Of a stretch of DNA of 64,000 bases, positions 56,758 through 64,000 are shown one piece after another. The DNA lies in assembly GCA_965208325.1 (NCBI GenBank), contig OZ242326.1, positions 3,360,001 to 3,424,000 of the forward strand, written 5' to 3'. Below the pieces are notes generated by a model. That model worked only from the letters and a program-made list of their open reading frames with translations. It was not told the DNA's origin and ran no database searches. Position 1 is the first letter of the stretch; each line of letters opens with the position of its first letter. The position numbers and the translations under genes are program-made. The stretch is from Candidatus Poribacteria bacterium (lineage in GTDB: Bacteria > Poribacteria > WGA-4E > PCPOR2b).

Positions 56758-57624
56758 ATGGAACCTTTCCTTGCGCTTGTTAGTAAGCCTGATAATGTCC
56801 CAATTATTGCAATCATATTTCTCCTGCCATTTTTTACATGGCTTGCATTTAGCCAAGGGCGAAGAAACGATAAAGCCGGGACACCGGCTGAGGCGGCGCT
56901 TAAAGACAAGGTCTATGTGTGGCCTTACCTTTGCCGCGCCGAATTCCTTTGCGCAATTATTGTGATGTTGATTCTCGGTATATGGTCGATTGCGCTGGAC
57001 GCGCCGTTGGAGGAAATGAGCGACCCGGCAAAGACCCCAAATCCTTCCAAAGCGCCGTGGTATTTTTTGGCGCTGCAAGAGATGTTAGTGTATTACGATC
57101 CATGGATTGCGGGGGTGGTGCTGCCAGGCTTGATTATCGCAGGCCTTATCGCTATTCCTTACATAGATATCAATCCCAAGGGAAAAGGGTATTACACGCT
57201 GAAGGAGCGTCCATTTGCGATTGCCACGTTCTGTTTCGGATTTTTTATGCTCTGGATTGTCATGATGGTTGTCGGTACATTCCTGAGGGGGCCTGGATGG
57301 AACTTCTTCGCACCGTGGACAGAATGGGACCCGCACAAAGTTGTACCGTTAACCAACGTCAACCTGTCTTATAAATTTGGCATCCGCGGCGACCTGACGG
57401 CAAACATATTCGGATTCATTGTTGTCGCCGGCTACTTTTCGTTAGGTCCGCTCCTCTATTTCTGGAAGCGAAAGACAAGCCGATTCTTGCAGGAACTCGG
57501 GTTGATTCGGTATATAATCGTCTCGTTTTTATTTCTGACCATGATGGCATTGCCGATTAAAATGATTCTCCGCTGGGTTTGGAACATTAAATATATCTGG
57601 GTATCTCCATGGTTCAATGTATAG
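56758..57624 (+). CDS. Cytochrome b C-terminal / subunit IV-like protein, extended
   Basis: APLEE.SDP..TPNPSKAPWYFLALQE; PYIDINP. Confidence 0.88.
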   Translation: MEPFLALVSKPDNVPIIAIIFLLPFFTWLAFSQGRRNDKAGTPAEAALKDKVYVWPYLCRAEFLCAIIVMLILGIWSIALDAPLEEMSDPAKTPNPSKAPWYFLALQEMLVYYDPWIAGVVLPGLIIAGLIAIPYIDINPKGKGYYTLKERPFAIATFCFGFFMLWIVMMVVGTFLRGPGWNFFAPWTEWDPHKVVPLTNVNLSYKFGIRGDLTANIFGFIVVAGYFSLGPLLYFWKRKTSRFLQELGLIRYIIVSFLFLTMMALPIKMILRWVWNIKYIWVSPWFNV

Positions 57625-57654
57625 GCGAAAAAGGATAAGGAGGTCTACTGGTTC

Positions 57655-60600
57655 GTGAGAAGCAAAAAGGAAATCCCGGTCGAAGAAAAATCTTACGCTG
57701 CTCTGTTCTTTATCCTTTCCGCGCTATTGGGGTTTGTGACCTTGTGGGGATTCTGGAATGAAGCCATTACGAGACGGCCGTGGAAAGCGATTCAGCAACG
57801 GTTTTACCAATATGAATACGAGAAAACGAAAATTGCACTCGAAGGAGCTAAACAGGAGCTGCCAGAAATAGAAACACCGGAACTTCTTGACGCTAAGCGC
57901 CTGAACAAACTTGAACAAAACATCAACGATGCAACAATAAAACGTGATGAAGCCATACAAGAACGTAAGTTTCTTCAGAGCGAGGCGGACGCGATAAACT
58001 ACAAATATCAATTTGCTTTGCACCATTCAAAAGCAATTCATGAGAAAGGCGACAAGAGCGATCCGGAGGTTGACAAATGGAAGAGTCGGCTAGACGACTA
58101 TGACAGGCAAATCGAGGGCAAACTGACACAAGATGTGGTAGCAGCGGAACGTACGCTGGCTGACGCCTATCGCGAGTCGGCTTCATTTTATGAAACCGGC
58201 GGACACATTGAGGATGCGTTGAGCCAGTTCTTACTCGTCCAGAAATACGACCCCACGTCCGAAGCCTTGCCGGCGAAAATAAGAGACCTCCGCTTACAGG
58301 TCGAATCCATTCGAGCAGATAGAACTGCAAAGGCAGAAGTTGACAAACTCGAAGAGAAGCTTTCCTCATTGTCCCCCTTAAAGCGGAGTTTCTTGGGAAG
58401 TCTGTTGGAAAGTCCATTTCATAAGACACGATCATTAGTGCAATACTATCTGGAGGACTTTGAGTATACGGCTGACCGGTGTGCCACATGCCATTTTTCA
58501 GTGGACCGAAGCGGTTACGACCGTTTCGCCGCGGAATCATTTGAGGTTGAAGGCGGCGAGGACGGGCAGACGCCTTCTAAACAATTGATGCATCCGCTTG
58601 TAAAGGTAGGCAGCGAGAGCGTCTTGATTGATGATGAGGAGGCGGAAAGCGATCAGTACGTCCTGAACGAAAACGGCTTACTTACTTTTGTAGACCCCGA
58701 TATTGCCGATTTTGGCGCGGAAGTGGAAATCGAATACGAAACCGGTTACGACGCTGTACTGCGAACCCATCCTTACCGGGACGTGCTGCTCGGCAACCAT
58801 CCTGTGGAGAGATTTGGCTGTACACCGTGCCACGGCGGGCAAGGGCAAGCCCTTACGGCGCAATCCGCTCACGCTTTGACGCACGCCGAGTTCTGGCTGG
58901 AACCCGTATTGGGATTGGATGAACATACGAGCGAGCTGTCGGGGCAGTTGTCGCGGGAAAGAAAGAAAGGCAAACGCGCCGACCAACACAAAATCGCGGA
59001 TCTTGAGAATGAGTTGGAAGAGAAGCGATCTGAGCTTCGCGGCTATCTGTATACCAACTGCCGCCGCTGCCACAGCGAAGTAATGATGTTGGACTATCCT
59101 TCGCCTCCACCTGAAACGGCGGACGCGCGAGATTATGCGCCCGATCTCTCAAAAGGGATGGCGCTGTTCGAAGATTTGGGTTGCCAAGGTTGCCACGCTG
59201 TCGACGGCTATCCTGCGCTCGAAAATTTGGCGAATGTCGGCCCTTCGCTCGCCAAAATTGGCAGTAAGGTGAACGGCACGGAGTGGCTCGTAGGCTGGCT
59301 TAAAGACCCGCCGTCGTATCTGCCTGACACCAAGATGCCCGTATTCTTCCCGACCGAAGACATGTCGAAATTGGTTTATCTGAAAAATGGGATGAAGCGC
59401 GAAGGCACAGTCAGAAGTGAAGCGGGGGCGATTATTGTACGCACGGATGATGGGACAGAATACCCCTACCGAGAGGACGAAGTTGACCGCATTGTCGATA
59501 TCGTTAAGTCTATCGCAGCCTACCTAGAGCAGCAGACGGACGCCGCCATTGATGGAAATGAACCAAACTATTCGACATCGCCGAAAGCAATTGCCGCGGG
59601 CGAGGAGACCGTCAAATCGGTCGGCTGTATTGCGTGCCACGCCGTTGACGGACTAGGCAGCGATTTCGCGCCCAAGTTGGATGATGTCGGCAATAAGCTC
59701 ACCCCCAATTTCCTCCGCCAGTGGGTTGACAATCCGAAATCCTATGACCCTGATACCGTCATGCCGGACATGCGCCTTAGCGATACGGAGGTTGACAACG
59801 TCGTCGCCTATTTGATGAGCCTGAAATCGCCGGAGCCTCCTGCTGTGAAAGTGACTGCTGATTCTTATGGAAATATTGTCGAGGAGATTGACTCCGAAGA
59901 AGGCGAGACGTTAGTTCGGCTATACGGGTGTTTTGGTTGCCATACTATCCCGGGATTCGAAGACGAACCGAAGGTTGGCGCAGAGCTTAGTGCATTCGGA
60001 TCCAAGACCGTTGACGAATTCGATTTTGGCGATACCGTGGGTATTGAGCACAGTTGGCACGGCTGGACTATCGGCAAACTCACCGACCCCAGGCGGTATC
60101 AAACACGCCGCATTATACAACGTATGCCGGTGTTTCCGATTAGCCAAGAAGACGCATATGCACTCGCGGTTTTGCTTAAGAGTTTCCAAGCCAAAAAGTA
60201 CCCGTTGAGTTATATCCACCAGCCAAGCGACACGCTTCGATCGGTGGATGCCGGGCGCCGATTGGTCAAGAAATACAATTGCCAAGGGTGCCACGAGATT
60301 GAAGCGAAGGGCGGGGAATATGTCGAGTTCATCGACAGTCAACGCGATGACCTGGATTTGAATCAAGCGAAACAGTTTGCACCGCCGACGCTGCGTGCCG
60401 AAGGGGCAAAGGTTCATCCGGACTGGCTGTTTAGTTTCTTGAAGGAGCCGACGCTGATTCGCTACGGTCTTGATGTCCGCATGCCGACGTTTGGATTCTC
60501 GGACGAAGAAACCACCGCGCTTGTTCAGTATTTCTCGGCGCTTTCGGACGAACCGTTCCCCTATGAGACCATTCCATTGCCGCCAACGGCGCAAGCAGAT

Positions 60601-60909
60601 CTCAGAGTTGGCAAACAGATTTTTGACGCGCTGCAGTGTATATCCTGCCACCCGGAGCAAGGTGAGGTTATCCCGGCAGGAAGCGATAAGACCGGCCGCC
60701 CCGACCTCTCTCTGGCTAAAGGCCGTCTCAAGGAAGATTGGCTGATTGACTGGATGAAAGATCCGGCATTTTTCCAACCGGGTACCGCGATGCCTCAAGC
60801 TTGGCCGAAAATCGGCGGCGTGTATCAACCTGTCGACGGTTTCGCCATCCAAGACGCCGAGGAACAGATTCGGTTAGTCAGAGATTATCTCCTCTCGCTG
60901 AGCAAGTGA
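57655..60909 (+). CDS. Membrane-anchored octaheme cytochrome c
   Basis: CATCH, CTPCH, CRRCH, CQGCH, CIACH, CFGCH, CQGCH, CISCH. N-terminal TM and coiled coil. Confidence 0.92.
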   Translation: MRSKKEIPVEEKSYAALFFILSALLGFVTLWGFWNEAITRRPWKAIQQRFYQYEYEKTKIALEGAKQELPEIETPELLDAKRLNKLEQNINDATIKRDEAIQERKFLQSEADAINYKYQFALHHSKAIHEKGDKSDPEVDKWKSRLDDYDRQIEGKLTQDVVAAERTLADAYRESASFYETGGHIEDALSQFLLVQKYDPTSEALPAKIRDLRLQVESIRADRTAKAEVDKLEEKLSSLSPLKRSFLGSLLESPFHKTRSLVQYYLEDFEYTADRCATCHFSVDRSGYDRFAAESFEVEGGEDGQTPSKQLMHPLVKVGSESVLIDDEEAESDQYVLNENGLLTFVDPDIADFGAEVEIEYETGYDAVLRTHPYRDVLLGNHPVERFGCTPCHGGQGQALTAQSAHALTHAEFWLEPVLGLDEHTSELSGQLSRERKKGKRADQHKIADLENELEEKRSELRGYLYTNCRRCHSEVMMLDYPSPPPETADARDYAPDLSKGMALFEDLGCQGCHAVDGYPALENLANVGPSLAKIGSKVNGTEWLVGWLKDPPSYLPDTKMPVFFPTEDMSKLVYLKNGMKREGTVRSEAGAIIVRTDDGTEYPYREDEVDRIVDIVKSIAAYLEQQTDAAIDGNEPNYSTSPKAIAAGEETVKSVGCIACHAVDGLGSDFAPKLDDVGNKLTPNFLRQWVDNPKSYDPDTVMPDMRLSDTEVDNVVAYLMSLKSPEPPAVKVTADSYGNIVEEIDSEEGETLVRLYGCFGCHTIPGFEDEPKVGAELSAFGSKTVDEFDFGDTVGIEHSWHGWTIGKLTDPRRYQTRRIIQRMPVFPISQEDAYALAVLLKSFQAKKYPLSYIHQPSDTLRSVDAGRRLVKKYNCQGCHEIEAKGGEYVEFIDSQRDDLDLNQAKQFAPPTLRAEGAKVHPDWLFSFLKEPTLIRYGLDVRMPTFGFSDEETTALVQYFSALSDEPFPYETIPLPPTAQADLRVGKQIFDALQCISCHPEQGEVIPAGSDKTGRPDLSLAKGRLKEDWLIDWMKDPAFFQPGTAMPQAWPKIGGVYQPVDGFAIQDAEEQIRLVRDYLLSLSK

Positions 60910-60922
60910 CACTGAGGCAATT

Positions 60923-61294
60923 ATGCGACACCTACTCATCGTCGTTGGGATATTCGCTGCCAGCGTGAGTGGTTTGATTTGGTTGTGCCGCGCAGTGGAT
61001 CCAAGTACGCGATACAGCTCCAAAGTCGAGTTCAATTACGCGAGATATTGTGCGGGCTGCCATGGCGCCAACGGTGAAGGCAACGGACGGATCGGGCGGT
61101 TCAAAAAGTTAGAACCTGCAAACTTGACGGCAGCCGATTTTTGGGACGGCAGCAGCGACGAAAAACTTATTCACAGTATTGACGCCGGCAAGGATGACAT
61201 GCCGGCGTTTTTCTACTATCTGACACATGGTGAACAGCGGGAACTTCTCGATTTCATCAAAGAGAATTTTCGACCAACGCCGGCACACGATTGA
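60923..61294 (+). CDS. Monoheme cytochrome c
   Basis: CAGCHG..G.G; GKDDMPAF. Confidence 0.9.
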   Translation: MRHLLIVVGIFAASVSGLIWLCRAVDPSTRYSSKVEFNYARYCAGCHGANGEGNGRIGRFKKLEPANLTAADFWDGSSDEKLIHSIDAGKDDMPAFFYYLTHGEQRELLDFIKENFRPTPAHD

Positions 61295-61327
61295 ATCAAT
61301 AGCACACATTGGCACAGAGGCGGCATA

Positions 61328-61531
61328 ATGAGACAAGTGGTTGTTTATCCGGGTGAAGATAGCTACTGGGTTGCTGAATGCCCTAGCTTGCTAGGTTGCA
61401 TAAGCCAAGGGAGATCGAAGCAAGAAGCTATCGCGAACATCAGAGAGGCAATTGAAGGATACATTGCGACTCTTGAGGACGATGGGCTGCCGGTGCCGGG
61501 CAAAAAGAATTTGGAGCGGACGAGATTCTGA
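61328..61531 (+). CDS. hicB: HicB-family antitoxin (orphan)
   Basis: YWVAECPSLLGCISQGRSKQEAIANIREAI. Confidence 0.88.
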   Translation: MRQVVVYPGEDSYWVAECPSLLGCISQGRSKQEAIANIREAIEGYIATLEDDGLPVPGKKNLERTRF

Positions 61532-61567
61532 ACTAAGATTGCGGTCGGCCTAAGGCGCACTCATCCA

Positions 61568-61631
61568 GTCACGGATATCCGTGAGTTCTTCCTATTCAAC
61601 CTTGATTCTTAGTGTCGTATACTGCTATCAT
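61568..61631 (+). promoter_or_regulatory. Second copy of the palindrome plus sigma70-like promoter
   Basis: GTCACGGATATCCGTGAG (61568-85); TTGATT-18-TATCAT with TGn extension. Confidence 0.75.
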
Positions 61632-61687
61632 TGATGATTAATACGTTCCATAATCGCATTTTAATAAAGAAAGGATTGGCCAAAACC

Positions 61688-62449
61688 ATGAAAACTGTAA
61701 CGACCCTGACCGTATTCAGCTTCATCCTCATCGCAAGCCTCACTTATGCCGCCAACATCACAGGAACAGTTATGTATGACGGAGATGCGCCGGCGCGTCC
61801 AGCGATGAAAGCCACTAAAGACCAGCACTGCATTGATAAGCTTGCAAATGGAAAGTCCGAAGCGCTTGTCGTCTCTAAAGGTAAAGGAATTAAGAACGTT
61901 GTTGTCTATTTGCGTGCGCGAGGCGCGACGCCCACGCTGCCTGCCAAAAATCCGGTAATGGATCAGGTGGACTGTAGGTATTATCCGCATGTGCTCGTTG
62001 TAACTGAAGGCACCACGGTGGATGTGACCTCCAGCGATCCGGTTGCGCATAACGTCCATTCTCACGCCAAGAAGAATGAGGCGGTGAATTGGCAGATACC
62101 TGTTGCCGGGAAGGTGCTGCCACTGAAGTTAGAAAAGCGAGAGGCAATCAAATTTACTTGCGATATTCACAACTGGATGACGGGATATATCTTTGTGGTA
62201 GACAATGACTACTATACCGTTACGGGGTATAAGGACAGCAAGGAAAACTGGATTAGTTCGGACAGTTATGAGGCTTCGAGCGATAAGGGAGCATACACCA
62301 TTAAAGATGTTCCCGCGGGGAAATACCGCATCCAGGCGTGGCACGAGGAGCTTGGAACGACGAAAGCCAAGACGATAGAAGTTTCTGACGGCGAAGACCT
62401 TCAAGTCAACTTTACGAACGCTGATTTCAGGAAGAAAGCCGCGAAATAA
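61688..62449 (+). CDS. Exported cupredoxin-like / carboxypeptidase-regulatory-like domain protein
   Basis: Signal peptide; DQVDCRYYPHV; HNVH; CDIHNWM; DVPAGKY.IQAWHE. Confidence 0.8.
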   Translation: MKTVTTLTVFSFILIASLTYAANITGTVMYDGDAPARPAMKATKDQHCIDKLANGKSEALVVSKGKGIKNVVVYLRARGATPTLPAKNPVMDQVDCRYYPHVLVVTEGTTVDVTSSDPVAHNVHSHAKKNEAVNWQIPVAGKVLPLKLEKREAIKFTCDIHNWMTGYIFVVDNDYYTVTGYKDSKENWISSDSYEASSDKGAYTIKDVPAGKYRIQAWHEELGTTKAKTIEVSDGEDLQVNFTNADFRKKAAK

Positions 62450-62503
62450 ACCACTGCATTGACGCTTGACGAGACGCTATAAACATTGCTCGTTTCGCCC
62501 GTC

Positions 62504-64000
62504 ATGATTTTGAGACGCAAGATTATGCGACCCATTCGGAATAGTTCCAAAAACAGGCTAGTTCTATTATTCGGGCTGCTTGTCATCTATCTATTCTTGG
62601 CGGTTGTACCTGCCGCCTTTACCCAAGATGCGACCGACACGGAATACCGCGCCTTCCCGAAAATTGGCAGCCGCAACGCCGCGTGGATAGCTGCACAGTT
62701 GCATCTCTTGTTCGGGTCCTTTATCTTGGGTGTGCCGATGTTCGCGGTTGTCATTGAATATGTCGGCATGCGGACGAAGGACAAACGATACGACAAGATG
62801 GCGCAGGAGTTCATCAAGCTCTGCATGGGTGCGTTCTCGACGACGGCACTGATGGGCGGTGTGTTGGTTTTCGTTCTCATTTGGTGCTACCCCAAGGTGA
62901 TGAACAAAATGACGGGAATCTTCGGGCCGACGATGATTTTCTACGTCTTTTTGTTCTTCGGAGAGACATTTACGCTCTATCTCTACTCCTACGGATGGGA
63001 TCGGATGCAGGGCAAGGTATCAAAGATGTGGCACCTATTCCTCGGTGTGCTCTTGAACGTGTTCGGTACGGCAATTATGTTCGTGTCTAACGCTTGGTTG
63101 ACTTACCAGACAAGTCCAGCAACAATGGATCCCGACCATAAGCCAATTCCGCTTCATAACGAAGAAACGGGCGAATTTATCGGTACGCTGTGGCAGGCGG
63201 TCAACAACTTCACGTGGATGCCCGTGAACATCCACCGCCTCATTGGGAATGTGGCTTTCGGCGGAGCAATCGTCGGCGCCTACGCCGCCTTTCGATTTTT
63301 GGTCGCCAAATCGAAAGAGGATAAGGCGCACTACGACTGGATGGGATATACGGGCAATTTCATCGCGTTATGCGGCTTAATTCCGCTGCCGTTCGCCGGA
63401 TATTGGTTGGGACGCGACATCTACAAGTTCAACCAGACAATGGGCATCAACATGATGGGGAGCCTCTTTTCGTGGTTGTTCATCATTCAGGCGGTGATGA
63501 TTGGGGTGTTGTTCATCGGCGCGAACTACTATCTCTGGTCCGGCATGACTCGCATCAAAGGCGGTGAAGTTTACGCGCGTTTACGCCCCTATATGGTGGC
63601 AATCATTGTTATCTGCGTCGCGGTGTGGATGACGCCGCGCACATTGATTGCTACTGCCGGTGAGAAAGCCGCAATGGGCGGTCCGAACCATCCACTAATC
63701 GGATATTTCGGTTTGATGACGGCGAAAAATACGGTCGTCAATCTCATCATTTTGACGACTTTTCTGAGTTTTCTGTTTTACCGCCGTTCAGGCAAAACAC
63801 CGGCGGTGGGTTGGAGGAAAGCAGGAAATATCATCATCTCGGGAATTTTTGGCCTTGCTGTCGCCGCGATTGTCACGATTGGTCTCATAGGTTTCAAAGT
63901 TGAGACCGATTTTCGCGTCGAAGTTCTAACGCCGGTTCAAGTGTTGATTGCGTTAGCTGTTTTGATTTTGGTTACGGCGATTGATTTAATCATGTATCGA
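62504..64000 (+). CDS. Cytochrome bd-like oxidase subunit I, Nitrospira/Nitrospina type (partial, runs off right edge)
   Basis: Manual translation, open to the window end: SRNAAWIAAQLHLLFGSFILGVPMFAVVIE...DKRYDKMAQEF...WMPVNIHRLIGN...HYDWMGY...LPFAGYW. Not in the ORF track. Confidence 0.82.
   Translation, partial: MILRRKIMRPIRNSSKNRLVLLFGLLVIYLFLAVVPAAFTQDATDTEYRAFPKIGSRNAAWIAAQLHLLFGSFILGVPMFAVVIEYVGMRTKDKRYDKMAQEFIKLCMGAFSTTALMGGVLVFVLIWCYPKVMNKMTGIFGPTMIFYVFLFFGETFTLYLYSYGWDRMQGKVSKMWHLFLGVLLNVFGTAIMFVSNAWLTYQTSPATMDPDHKPIPLHNEETGEFIGTLWQAVNNFTWMPVNIHRLIGNVAFGGAIVGAYAAFRFLVAKSKEDKAHYDWMGYTGNFIALCGLIPLPFAGYWLGRDIYKFNQTMGINMMGSLFSWLFIIQAVMIGVLFIGANYYLWSGMTRIKGGEVYARLRPYMVAIIVICVAVWMTPRTLIATAGEKAAMGGPNHPLIGYFGLMTAKNTVVNLIILTTFLSFLFYRRSGKTPAVGWRKAGNIIISGIFGLAVAAIVTIGLIGFKVETDFRVEVLTPVQVLIALAVLILVTAIDLIMYR

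Noticed and set aside
6733..63567. Numerous 60-310 aa ORFs overlapping the called genes (for example 20498-21241, 59920-60852, 62881-63090)
   Set aside because: Antisense or off-frame shadows of well-supported genes, with no motifs of their own.

Overview
Bacterial genomic window, probably from a Candidatus Poribacteria-like organism. This taxon call is inference from a C-terminal TTWGxLK motif, a DUF6785-like membrane protein, PhyH and CehA/McbA-type hydrolases; no marker gene is present. Five zones can be read from the sequence. (1) 1-14 kb is a defence island. A PLD/SNF2 helicase (runs off the left edge) and a 1198-aa Eco57I-like methyltransferase are separated by about 6 kb of co-oriented cargo: an HD dNTPase with a YwgA-like partner, an AlbA-ATPase between perfect 42-bp direct repeats, Gp37/68, TIR and Doc. 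A tandem lipoprotein pair and an orphan pair of DNA methyltransferases follow. (2) 15-25 kb holds catabolic genes. (3) Two AT-rich islands of exported orphan proteins (25.3-29.4 kb and 44.7-52.6 kb) each end in a paralogous Arc/RHH regulator with a conserved promoter-proximal motif. The second island holds an unrecognised paralogous protein family in fused, split and decayed forms. (4) 29.8-44.6 kb carries troABCD-like metal uptake (both permeases with winged-helix tails, DtxR-type operator), MEMO, an M28 peptidase, PhyH, a YceI protein with 21 NPC repeats and a Crp regulator. (5) 53.5-64 kb is a respiratory cluster: Rieske, split cytochrome b, an octaheme cytochrome c, a monoheme cytochrome c, a cupredoxin-like protein and a Nitrospira-type bd-like oxidase subunit. 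Its two promoters share an 18-bp palindrome at identical spacing (about -61.5). One complete ISAs1, two IS5-type remnants, a MITE and many REP-like hairpins are present. No rRNA, intact tRNA or CRISPR array was found. Family assignments come from motif recognition only; no database search was run.
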